NCBI RefSeq assembly: GCF_001194135.2
Contig: NC_069008.1
Span: 4,054,042 to 4,086,545 of the forward strand
DNA: 32,504 nt
Source: Octopus bimaculoides
Taxonomy: Eukaryota
Direction of reading: 5' to 3'
The notes beneath the pieces are model-generated. The model searched no databases and was not told the DNA's origin. It saw nothing but the letters and a program-made list of their open reading frames with translations. Positions 22,100 through 32,504 of the stretch are shown here, piece after piece (position 1 is the stretch's first letter; the number at the start of each line of letters is the position of its first letter). The position numbers and the translations under genes are program-made.

Positions 22100-22133
<34 letters not shown>

Positions 22134-22350
22134 ATAAGGGTGGCTTGTTTGAAATTTTACAACCCAAAGGCAGAAGTATGTACATCAGTAAAATCACTGA
22201 GGACACTAGCCAGCACCAGTATTGCTAGAAATAAGTCTTAAAACAACTCATAGCCACAAGGAGCACTCATCTTTCATTCAGACAAGTACTTTCGTAACGT
22301 ATGTGTGTGTGTGCATGCGTACATACACATATATTCAGAAACACACACTG

Positions 22351-22398
<48 letters not shown>

Positions 22399-22737
22399 AC
22401 ATAGGCATGCACACACATACCACCCTATATTTAAGACCTCCACAGCCCCTCTACATCGTGTTACCTAATGCCTAACCCATGTGTATATATAATTATGGCT
22501 TGCATTTTTAACAACTTTCTATCACTCTGTCCTTTCCCCCTCTTGTCTCTCTCACCCTTCGAGTCTTCTCTGAGTTTGTTTCCTCCCCCCCCTCCTGATC
22601 CCTATCGCACCATCAACACCACACACTGTTCCACAAAGCCAACGTGAGAACCTTCAGCATTGTCGATAAGCTTCTTAAAAACAGCAGCCAAAATCTCCCT
22701 CGAATCACGCCCTACACTTTTAGGTATGTACATGCAT

Positions 22738-22925
22738 ATCATCATCATCATCGTCGTTTGATGTCCACTTTCCATGCTGGCATGGGTTGGACGATTTGAC
22801 TGAGGACTGGTGAAACCAGATGGCTACACCAGGCTCTAATCTGATTTGGCAGAGTTTCTACAGCTGGATGCCCTTCCTAATGCCAACCACTCTGAGAGTG
22901 TAGTAGGTGCTTTTATGTGCCACTG
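22738..22925 (-). mobile_element. SINE/LINE-tail family D; another copy at about 24930-25260
   Basis: catcatcatcgt...ccatgctggcatggg...ttctacagctggatgcccttcctaatgccaaccac. Confidence 0.7.
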
Positions 22926-22929
22926 GCAA

Positions 22930-23420
22930 TGTAGGAACTAATGAAGGAGACTTCTATATGATAGCTAGATATAATAGTTGTTGGCACTCCGTCACTTACG
23001 TCAAGGGTTCCAGTTGATCCAGTCTGGGAATCGAAACCGCGATCCTATGACCACGAGTCCGCTGCCCTAACCACTGGGCCATTGCGCCTCCACTAGATAT
23101 AATAGAAATGGCAGTCAAATCTCCTCCAAGTCACGTATGTACATATGAACCATGAGGAAGACCTGTATATGATAGGTAGATCTGTGAGAAGTAGCAGCCA
23201 AATCTCCCTCAAATCACACCCTATTGTCTTATGTATGTATATACATGTTTGAGGTAATGAGGGAGACCTCTATGAGGTAGCTAGATCTAACAAAAATAGC
23301 AACCAAATCTCCCTCACATCACACCCTTCTCTCTTATATATCTATATATGCATGTATGAGCCAATGAGGGAATCCTCAAGATGGTAGCTAGACCTGGCAG
23401 AAATAGCAGCCAAATCTCCC
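22930..23420 (+). repeat. Tandem copies of the 10733-11280 unit with an internally deleted SINE B inserted (about 22975-23092, minus)
   Basis: Repeated agaaatagcagccaaatctccctcaaatcacacc. Confidence 0.75.
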
Positions 23421-23737
23421 TACCATCGCATGATAATTTCTTATGTATGTATGTCATTATTCAGTTTATTTCAAGATTTCTTACGAATATAGGGAAAGAA
23501 CCGGTTTCTAACCTAGATCCAAGAACCCGTCATTGGAATTTCAACATCAACAACAGGGCATCTTTGTGTGTATGTACGTACGTACGTATGTATGTATGTA
23601 TGTATGTATGTATGTATGTATGTATGTATGTATGTATGTATGTATGTATGTATGCAGATTTGTAGGTTTTGCTTTATGTATGTATTCTCAAGCATATAGT
23701 TGCATATCTAGACATGCTCATATATATTTAAATGATA

Positions 23738-23802
<65 letters not shown>

Positions 23803-23834
23803 TAATAATAATGATAATAATAATATGATAATCG

Positions 23835-23975
23835 TTTCTACTTAAGGCACAAGGCCTGAAATTTGGTGGGGAGGGGATGAGTTTATTACATTGACCCCAG
23901 TGCATAACTGGTACTTATTTCATCGACTCCGAAAGGATGAAAGGCAAAGTTAACCTCGGTGGAATTTGAACTGAG
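23835..23975 (-). mobile_element. SINE family C fragment next to a long (AAT)n tract
   Basis: gaccccagtgcataactggtacttatt...gaaaggatgaaaggcaaag. Confidence 0.8.
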
Positions 23976-24543
23976 GAGATGAAGACAGACGATAAACTGT
24001 GAAGGAGGAGGAGAAGAAGAGCAAGAACAAGAAGAACAACAACGACATCTATAGCAGCAACAATGATGATGATGGTAATTATAACAACAACAACATTGAC
24101 AATAACAACAACAACAAAGTATGCCCTTCTCCCCACAAATTTTGCACAGCCACAACCCTTCCCAGGGACCACTGTTCAACCCCCCCCCCCGCACCCCGCC
24201 TCTGTGCGGTCAATGTCCACCCACATCCCCCTCGGCCAATTTGTCTCTTGGTGAATATGGGACCTGTTGGCGGATCCCATATATTTTTTAAAAGACTTCA
24301 TTTTTCATGCCTCAGGGCATCTTTGACCCGTTTACCTACTTCTCTCCCTCTCTCTCTCTCTTCCCTCTCTCTCTCTCCTTCTCTCATTCTCCATATATTA
24401 TATACTCTATTTAGGTGTGTATAAATATTTGTTCAAGGGTATATGTGTGTGTGTGTGTGTGTGTATGTATATATGCATATATATATGTATGTATGTATGT
24501 ATATATGTATGTATGTATATATATATATATATGTGTGTGTGTG

Positions 24544-24594
<51 letters not shown>

Positions 24595-25429
24595 NNNNNN
24601 NNNNNNNNNNNNNNNNNNNNNNNNNNNNNNNNNNNNNNNNNNNNNNNNNNNNNNNNNNNNNNNNNNNNNNNNNNNNNNNNNNNNNNNNNNNNNNNNNNNN
24701 NNNNNNNNNNNNNNNNNNNNNNNNNNNNNNNNNNNNNNNNNNNNNNNNNNNNNNNNNNNNNNNNNNNNNNNNNNNNNNNNNNNNNNNNNNNNNNNNNNNN
24801 NNTATATGTGTGTGTGTGTGTGTGTTTGTAGTAAAGAATTTCAGTGAACAGGTTTTCCCCCAGATGGTGTGTTCTCGTAAAAAAAATCTATATAACAAAA
24901 AAAGATGCACACAAATTATATATTTTTAATCATCATCATCATCGTTTAACGTCCACCTTCCATGCTAGCACAGATGGGATGGTTTCTAAAGAGCCGGCCA
25001 GGCAGAATCCTGCGCCAGACATCTGTAACTGTTTTGGCAGTTTTTTTTTGTACAGTTGGATGCCCTTCCTAACACCCTCAGCAGAGTGGACTCAGTGCTT
25101 TTTATGTGGCACAAGCACAGGCAAGGTCAGTAGCGCTTTTTATATGGCATGGCACAAGCATAGGCAAGGTCAGTTTTGGTAAGGTTTTTACAGCTGGATG
25201 CCCTTCCAAACACCAACCACTTTACAGTGTGGACTGAGTGCTTTTAAGTGGCACATGTACCGACAGGGTCACCAAGTATTTGCAAGACAACAAAAACATA
25301 TATTTTATAAAATAGAATATTATGATAGTCTACCGGTTTCATGTTTTGCTATTCATAACTGGGAAATTTTAGGCCTTATGCCTATAGTAGCCCGGCATGC
25401 TAACGATTCTGCCAGCTCACAAATCATCA

Positions 25430-26340
25430 TCATCACTACTATAACTACTACTCCTGCTGCTTCTGACACTGCTATTATTACTACTACTACTACTACTACT
25501 ACTTCAACAACAGTTGAAACATTACCACCACTACCACAACCACTACCACAACTACCACCACCACCACCACTACCACAACCACCACCATCACCATAACCAC
25601 CACTACCACAATCACCACCATCACACCCACCACCACAACCACCATCACCCCACCACCACTACAGCCACCATCACTTCCACCACCACTACTACTACAGGTG
25701 AGTGTGAGTGTCCGGTGGAGCAGTGTAAGGGATTAACAAATCAGATGAAAGATGAATGCATTGATCTCATCAACAGAAGATAATCCAATGTGACAAATGG
25801 ACTTACAGATATTATAGAAGACTAGTGCTGGTAGTATTGATGTTGGCGGCAGCGGTGGCGGTGAGTCATAGTAGTGTTGGTGTTGGTGGTGGTGGTGTTG
25901 GTGGTGGTGGTGTTGGTGGTGGTGATGTAAGAAAGAGCAAACACATTCGCAAAATTTGCAACAGGAAGGAACTACAAGTAATTCTAGTGGTGGTGGTTGT
26001 GCTGGTGGTGGTGGTGGTGGTTATGGTAGTGGTAGTGGTGGTGGTGGTAGTTGTGGTGGTGGTTGTGCTGGTTGTGGTGNNNNNNNNNNNNNNNNNNNNN
26101 NNNNNNNNNNNNNNNNNNNNNNNNNNNNNNNNNNNNNNNNNNNNNNNNNNNNNNNNNNNNNNNNNNNNNNNNNNNNNNNNNNNNNNNNNNNNNNNNNNNN
26201 NNNNNNNNNNNNNNNNNNNNNNNNNNNNNNNNNNNNNNNNNNNNNNNNNNNNNNNNNNNNNNNNNNNNNNNNNNNNNNNNNNNNNNNNNNNNNNNNNNNN
26301 NNNNNNNNNNNNNNNNNNNNNNNNTGGTGGTGGTGGTTAT
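25430..26340. repeat. (ACT/ACC)n tract 25430-25697 and complementary (GGT)n tract 25825-26340
   Basis: Direct inspection; source of the poly-T/H/P and poly-V/G/W ORFs. Confidence 0.9.
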
Positions 26341-26349
26341 GTTATGTAG

Positions 26350-26439
26350 CCCAACATAACATTGGTGAACGTGTTAAAAACAACAAATCTCTTGGTAAAA
26401 CACACTCTACAAAGTAAACTCAAGACGAAGAACGGTGTT
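26350..26439 (+). CDS. Putative secreted protein exon 5: PNITLVNVLKTTNLLVKHTLQSKLKTKNGV
   Basis: Acceptor ttatgttatgtag|, donor GTT|gtaagt; exactly 90 nt, open, phase 0 to 0; amphipathic helix. Confidence 0.6.
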
Positions 26440-26857
26440 GTAAGTCGACCGATGGCCGAATTATGCCCGATTTTAGAAGGAGACAAGTAATTAGACGGAT
26501 TTGCATCTATACTTATAAACGGATTTTTTTAGGGGCCCGTATGGTAAAGATGTGGATGGGAAAAATGTGGGTAGAAGGTGATGTGCTAGCAACCGTCTCC
26601 CCTTAATGTTTTACAAAGTAAACAACATCACAAATAACTATGCAGAGGCAGCCACGGTCGAAACATGAACAAGAAGTTTGGCCATTCCTTACCCAAGTGA
26701 CCTTACCTTATCGCTCACCACTTGTTATGCGCTCATAAATTAGTTTGAAAGCTGAGCTCTGATTGGCTGTATGCAAATGAGTTCATAACTGGGGTCCGGA
26801 GCTCTCATGGGTAAAAAAAATTTCGTACCCCGGACCCCACAAACAATACATATTATC

Positions 26858-27106
26858 GGTAATCTTCAAGTTTAGGGGGATAAAAAAAAATAAATAAAAA
26901 TATTCAAGGGAAGTAACTGAACGTCTTACCAGTATTCTAAGTACGTCTCTGTTTATAAATAAATCACACACGTGATTTGATTGACGTTAGGGTGTGATTT
27001 ATTTATAAACAGCTAGAAGAAAACGGATAATACTGGTAAGTCGTTCAGTTATTTCCCTTGAATATTTTTATTTATTTTTTTTATGCCCCTAAACTTGAAG
27101 ATTCCC
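26858..27106. mobile_element. Mutator-like (MULE) foldback MITE with perfect 9-bp TSD
   Basis: TSD catattatc at 26849-26857 and 27107-27115; G-starting long TIRs (26858-26936 with 27029-27106; inner 26949-26969 with 26992-27012). Confidence 0.85.
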
Positions 27107-27376
27107 CATATTATCTACAGCAATAGCCTACAACAGGACAAAAAGTGCAACCCCTTTAAAAGTGCCGCCCGGGTCGGAGGGCCCCTATCGCCACTCCCTC
27201 CCTGCTACGCTAGTGGGTAAATGGAAGGCTTAAAACAGATTTCCGCCGATATATTTTACGAAATCTCATCTCTTGCTTAGAGTCAATTATGGTGTAAGGC
27301 AAATAACTCTTACTTTACTCATAGTTCTGTGTTGCTCAATGCAGGATTTTTTAGTTGGACGATGTACAAATGTGTC

Positions 27377-27490
27377 AGGCGGCAAGCTTACAGAATCGTT
27401 TAGCCCGCCCGACGAAATGCTTTAACGGTATTTTGTCTGCTGCTACGTTCTGAGTTCAAATTCTACCGTGGTCGATTTTGTTTTTCCTCC
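27377..27490 (+). mobile_element. SINE family C 5' fragment
   Basis: aggcggcaagcttacagaatcgtttagc...ttctgagttcaaattc. Confidence 0.8.
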
Positions 27491-27509
27491 AATGATGGTG
27501 ATTAATATT

Positions 27510-27718
27510 ACTCTTTTACTTGTTTCAGTCATTTGACTGCGGCTATGCTGGAGCACCACTTTTAGTCAAGCAAATCGACCCCCCAGGACTTATTCTTTGT
27601 AAGCCTAGTACTTATTCTATCGGTCTCTTTTGCCGAACCACTAAGTTACGGGGATGTAAACACACCAGCATCGGTTGTCAAGCGATGTTGCAGGGGACAA
27701 ACACACACACACACACAG

Positions 27719-27751
<33 letters not shown>

Positions 27752-27802
27752 CGACGGGCTTCTTTCAGTTTCCGTCTACCAAATCCACTCACAAGGCTTT
27801 GG
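27510..27802 (-). mobile_element. SINE family A, truncated by N gap
   Basis: actcttttacttgtttcagtcatttgactgcggc...tctaccaaatccactcacaaggctttgg. Confidence 0.88.
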
Positions 27803-28229
27803 NNNNNNNNNNNNNNNNNNNNNNNNNNNNNNNNNNNNNNNNNNNNNNNNNNNNNNNNNNNNNNNNNNNNNNNNNNNNNNNNNNNNNNNNNNNNNNNNNN
27901 NNNNNNNNNNNNNNNNNNNNNNNNNNNNNNNNNNNNNNNNNNNNNNNNNNNNNNNNNNNNNNNNNNNNNNNNNNNNNNNNNNNNNNNNNNNNNNNNNNCT
28001 GTGTGCCTTGGGTATGTGCTGTGGTTTGCTGTGATGATTATTATTATTATTATTATTATTTTGAATTTATTTTGTTAAATGGTTACAGCTCAATGTAGTG
28101 ATAAAATATTCTGGTGCAACAGAACCAAACAAACAAATTGGGGAAAAAAAAAGGGGGGGGTATAGAGACAAATGACAATCAAGTGTTTTATTAGGCTTTA
28201 TTCACTGTGATTATTTGGATATATATACA

Positions 28230-28271
<42 letters not shown>

Positions 28272-28389
28272 CAGGGTGTCCACAAAGTCTGGGTACATCA
28301 CGATTAACAAGAAATTGTTATTTCTTATATTTAGTTGATTATGTTATAACTTTATTTACTCCATGAACCCAGTCTTTGTGGACACCTTG
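28272..28389. mobile_element. Tc1/mariner-type MITE (118 bp)
   Basis: TIR cagggtgtccacaaagtctgggtacat / atgaacccagtctttgtggacaccttg, inside an AT microsatellite. Confidence 0.8.
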
Positions 28390-28767
28390 TGTATATATAC
28401 ATACAAATACATTTTATTATTATTATTATTATTATTTCATAGTAAAAAAAAGAAGAAAGAAAATCAAGGTTCTTATCAATCTCCACAAGTAGTTCCCTTG
28501 TTTCATAGATAATTTATCAACCGCTTAGTAATCTAAGACATCGGACATTTCCTACTTGTGTCCACACAGCAAAATATCACACACAAAGATCAGTGTTTCT
28601 TTCTTTTTTTTCTTTTTTTTGATTCAGTAGGGAAGTAGGGATTTGACAAGAATTCACTCCAAGAATATTAACAAATTATAAATTAACAGCAAAAACAAAT
28701 TTTTTTTTTTCCTTAATAATATAAAACAAACAACACTGTGTAACAAAACTTTTATTTATTTTATCTA

Positions 28768-29165
28768 TTGTCTTTGGTCAGTAAGTGGTATTTCCTAATT
28801 CCTTCTATCTAAAAATCAAAGGAAATGACTACTATTCCCTTCACACTTTGCTTTTGTCACCTGGACATGAACTGACCTATTTAAAACTGACCCATTTTAC
28901 ACTGCATTTCAGACAGATTCAATGCTGAGTTGCAGAAGCAGAAATATCTTTTTAGCAAATATTCTGCTCAATCCCACAGATTTCCTTGTTGTCTTTGGTC
29001 AATAAGTGGTATTTCTTATTCGATTCTATCTAGAAATCAAAGGAAATGACTACTATTCCCTTCACACTTTGCTTTTGTCACCTGGACATCAATGTGTTCA
29101 AACTCACCTATTTTCCATTAATATTTGAGATAGATTCAGCGATGAATTGCTGAAGCAGAATTTTC
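28768..29165. repeat. Tandem duplication, about 220-bp period, 2 copies
   Basis: gtctttggtca.taagtggtattt...aaaggaaatgactactattcccttcacactttgcttttgtcacctggacat occurs twice. Confidence 0.85.
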
Positions 29166-29447
29166 TAGATCTTTCAAGGGGTTTCGAGAACTTTTGAGTT
29201 TCAAGAATTTCTGGAACATTCCGGCAACATAGGTGGCAGTATAAATACAGGGACCATAAGCTCAACATTCCAGTTTACTATGTTGAGAGGGATTCTTTGG
29301 GGTTTTTAATAAATATCATAACAAAAGCAAAAGTTTGAAGGAGACATCAGCCATATTTCATAGGAAATAACACTTGCTACCCAAGAATACAAATCAGGTT
29401 ACACAGTGTAACATTAAATAATGCTAGCACCAATTAGTTTCATATAG

Positions 29448-29617
29448 AACAATGACTCTGCTAAGGAGGAATTGAACTCTGTGTCTCTTACTTGCTGTGA
29501 GACCATGTTCTCCATAGTTACACAGGTTTTGTACTTCATGCAACATGAAACTGAGGCCCTATCAAAGATAATGGGAGACAGAAGGTCTAAGTACAGCACT
29601 GATAAACCATCACAGTT
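29448..29617 (+). CDS. Putative secreted protein exon 6: NNDSAKEELNSVSLTCCETMFSIVTQVLYFMQHETEALSKIMGDRRSKYSTDKPSQ
   Basis: Acceptor ttagtttcatatag|, donor TT|gtaagt; 170 nt open in phase 0 in unique sequence. Confidence 0.65.
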
Positions 29618-29734
29618 GTAAGTGCATGGAGAAGGAGGAGAAAATACAGAATACATAAATGTATGTCCATGGGTGTGACAGTGTGTGTGTGTGTGTACAT
29701 ATGCATATGTGTGTGTGTGTGTGTGTATGTGTTA

Positions 29735-29967
29735 TTTCTTTACTGCTCACAAGGGGCTATACACAGAGGCGACAAACAAGGACAGACAAACGGATTAAGT
29801 CAATTATACCGCCCCCCAGTGCGTAACTGGTATTTATTTAATCGACCCCCGAAAGGATGAAAGGCAAAGTCGACCTCGGCGGAATTTGAACTCAGAACGT
29901 AACGGCAGACGAAATACCGCTAAGCATTTCGTCCGGCGTGCTAACGCTTCTGCCAGCTCGCTGCCTT
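29735..29967 (-). mobile_element. SINE family C, near full length
   Basis: Head aaggcagcgagctggcagaagcgttagcacgccggacgaaatgc...gttcaaattccgccgagg. Confidence 0.88.
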
Positions 29968-30425
29968 ATTGTGTATGTGTATGTGTGTGTGTGTGTGTGT
30001 GTATGTGTGTGTGTGTGTATATATATAGGTTATGAGTGAAAGTGGTGTCAATTAGACCCCAAGGTTTCAGGTAAGGCTGAGTAAGTTTCCATTCTCATTC
30101 AATATATAACAGCAATATGTTGAAAGTTTGAGTTACGTTTCCAACGTCCTTCCATAGTTAAGTTTATTTTAAAGCATAACACTGGAACATCTTTCCATTA
30201 TGTTTAAGGTTTGAATTATGTTTCCATAGTTAAAGGTTGTCTGAGGCATCAAACTCGAACACACCATGCAACAAGCAGAAGAATAAATATTCTGGCAATT
30301 ACTATTTGACCAGGAATGTCACATACACGTATACATATATATATATATAGGATTCAAATTACAACAAACGTAAACAAACAAGCGAAGCTTGCTTTTAGAA
30401 GCGTTGAGATGTCTTTTTTATAGAA

Positions 30426-30567
30426 AGTTAAAGAAGTGATGTTTAAATTCTCAATCGCAGAATAATGCTAACACTTTTCTCTGCAAAAATAGGGATAGTT
30501 TATCCTGTTCAGGCTATATTATTAGCATTTTTCTGCGATTGAGAATTTAAACATCACTTCTTTAACT
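30426..30567. mobile_element. MITE-like inverted repeat (46-bp arms)
   Basis: agttaaagaagtgatgtttaaattctcaatcgcagaataatgctaa versus ttagcatttttctgcgattgagaatttaaacatcacttctttaact; TA-rich flanks. Confidence 0.8.
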
Positions 30568-31208
30568 ATATATATAGGAGTTAATCCAAAAGCCCAGTCT
30601 TCAGAGAAACGGAGAGAGAAAGAGAGACAAACAACAGGAACACTTGCTGCCAGTCAAATAAACATTTTGATCTTAAAATGCTTGCTTTACAAAGTAAACT
30701 ACGGAAACATTGACGGTGGGAAGGCCGGGTAGAACAGGGCAAGAGTGGGATAACAAGCAGGGTAGGCAGAAGGTGTGGATAATAGGTGGTATGCTTGATA
30801 TTACAATGACTTCTGGTATTTAACCCATAAACTGCGATAGGCCACCTCAGTGGCCAACGCGACAGTGCGACAGGCCACGGAAGTAGGGCATGATCTGACC
30901 TAATTTTGATGACGTATAATGTATGCACATGATACCCTTTCACCGCAGAAACAGTGTAGCCAATCACAGAAGGTGTTAAGAAACACTGAGTATTTTTTTC
31001 GAGTGCTAGATCGATGTTGATCTTTACCCAAAATAGGCTCAGCAGTTCGTGTTACATACAGCAAAATCCCAGCAGTTTATAGGTTTTAAATACACTGCCT
31101 TAGTTTCAATTAATTCTGATAGGAAATGAAGAATTTAGTAAAATAACGTTGTCCATTATTAAGCTGGTGTTTGGAATAGGAATTAACATGAAATTTTTAT
31201 AGAAGAAG

Positions 31209-31371
31209 TATGTGTATTTGGTGTGCAAGATTCTTGATGTGAATACGTGTGTTGAAAGAAATACTATTAAACCTTGGGAGAGGCATTATGCTGGTAATAA
31301 ACACACGCACTAGTTCGGTCCAGTGCGTGTGTTTATTACCGGCATAATGCCTCTCCCAAGGTTTAATAGTG
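31209..31371. other. 163-bp insertion with a 108-bp hairpin, bounded by a 13-bp direct repeat
   Basis: Direct repeat tttatagaagaag at 31196-31208 and 31372-31384; arms 31263-31311 and 31322-31370. Confidence 0.8.
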
Positions 31372-31530
31372 TTTATAGAAGAAGGTTTTTAATTCAAATC
31401 ACTTTAAATCTTTTGTTGCCATATTTCTGTTGAAATACACTGAATATTTTGTGATCAAATTTGAGATAAGATGAAGAACTTAGTAAAAGAACAATGTCGT
31501 TTTTTAGCTGGTGTTTAGAACATAAATTGT

Positions 31531-31892
31531 GGAGGCGCAATGGCCCAGTGGTTAGGGCAGCGGACTTGCGGTCATAGGATCGCGGTTTCGATTGCTAGAC
31601 CAGGCGTTGTGAGTGTTTATTGAGCGAAACCACCTAAAGCTCCACGAGGCTCCGGCAGGGGATGGTGGCAAACCCTGCTGTACTCTTTCACCACAACTTT
31701 CTCTCACTCTTACTTCCTGTTTCTGTTGTGCCTGTAATTCAAAGGGTCAGCCTTGTCACACTCTGTGTCACGCTGAATCTCCTCCGAGAACTATGTTAAG
31801 GGTGCATGTGTCTGTGGAGTGCTCAGCCACTTGCACGTTAATTTCACGAGCAGGCTGTTCCGTTGATCAGATCAACTGGAACCCTCGACGTT
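31531..31892 (+). mobile_element. SINE family B, full length
   Basis: tRNA-like head ggaggcgcaatggcccagtggttagggcagcgg...ggtttcgatt; same body as 14527-14913. Confidence 0.9.
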
Positions 31893-32292
31893 AAGACCAT
31901 GGTTTCAATCCCAGGTGTGGGTGATCCATTGCATTCTTGAGCAAAACACTTTATTTCATGTTGATCCAGTCCACACAGCTGTAGAAATGAGTTTAGCCTG
32001 GAGAGGGATGGGCTCGACCAGGCTTTCTTGCCCTAGATATGCTGCATGGCCGCAGCACCCCAGCGACCCCCAAGGGGTTAATGGACTTTCTATTACATGC
32101 ATAAGGCCTAAAGGGTCACTATGATGAAAGCCATTCTTCCACAAACATGTACAACACGCATGTGCAATATGTACCCCCTATTCCCCCCCCTCCGCCCACC
32201 TCAATCCCGTCCCACAAGCAAAGTGGACGGAAACGAATGAAAGGCACACGGAGCTTAACACACACAGGAACAGTGAATCTCGAAGCACATAA

Positions 32293-32504
32293 GGCTACAA
32301 TGTAAATATCAGGCTGAAAAATACCTGTCATGTCTACAGGGGACGCGGGTTCAAATCCCATAGACAGCCTTCACGAGGTCAAACAACATAGAGGTCCCAC
32401 TGGCAAGAATAAAGTTACTAGAATGGAGACAAAATTTTGAAGGATTGCATTGGTACAATGGTAGAACACTTGTTGTATTTACAGGAGAGGTGGGTTCAAG
32501 TCCC
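32293..32504 (+). pseudogene. Two degenerate tRNA-like heads (32293-32369 and 32447 to window end)
   Basis: B-boxes gggttcaaatccc and gggttcaagtccc; anticodon-like stems cctgt/acagg and cttgt/acagg; acceptor and D arms imperfect. Confidence 0.4.

Noticed and set aside
26762-26778. Adjacent CCAAT box and octamer (ATTGG...ATGCAAAT)
   Set aside because: No snRNA, histone gene or transcription start is nearby; short motifs like this occur by chance next to a mobile element
959-27802. Long ORFs in the track (300-420 aa) and many YI/CV/HT/poly-V/poly-T ORFs
   Set aside because: They run through N gaps or simple repeats and have no coding character
30114-30330. Candidate seventh exons for the plus-strand gene (NMLKV-stop at 30114, or LSEASNSNTPCNKQKNKY.. 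at 30236)
   Set aside because: Several weak options in locally repetitive DNA; cannot choose without transcript data
14527-31892. SINE heads as functional tRNA genes
   Set aside because: They are fused to conserved SINE bodies and tails, lack a proper acceptor stem and poly-T terminator, and occur in multiple copies

Overview
Eukaryotic, AT-rich, gapped genomic DNA with about a dozen N-runs, dense in microsatellites and tRNA-derived SINEs. The repeat families look like those of Octopus or a related coleoid cephalopod (recognised from memory, no search run). Nearly every ORF in the supplied track is a microsatellite, N-run or repeat artefact. Reading splice signals by hand gives two head-to-head multi-exon genes whose start codons lie only 166 bp apart. 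(1) Minus strand: a short leucine-rich-repeat protein resembling LRMDA/C10orf11 (exons 12010-11889, 4759-4620, 4019-3899, 1015-886, probable 483-475; about 173 aa). Its first intron has a perfect minor-spliceosome (U12) donor GTATCCTTT and branch site TTCCTTGAC but ends in AT, i.e. a rare GT-AT U12 intron. (2) Plus strand: an unrecognised, probably secreted, helix-rich protein built from six phase-compatible exons (12177-29617, 3' end not found), loosely reminiscent of helical cytokines. The rest is SINEs, mariner, RTE, R4/Dong-like and Penelope-like remnants, several MITEs or foldbacks, and repeat-derived minisatellite arrays. Nothing prokaryotic and no CRISPR array was seen.
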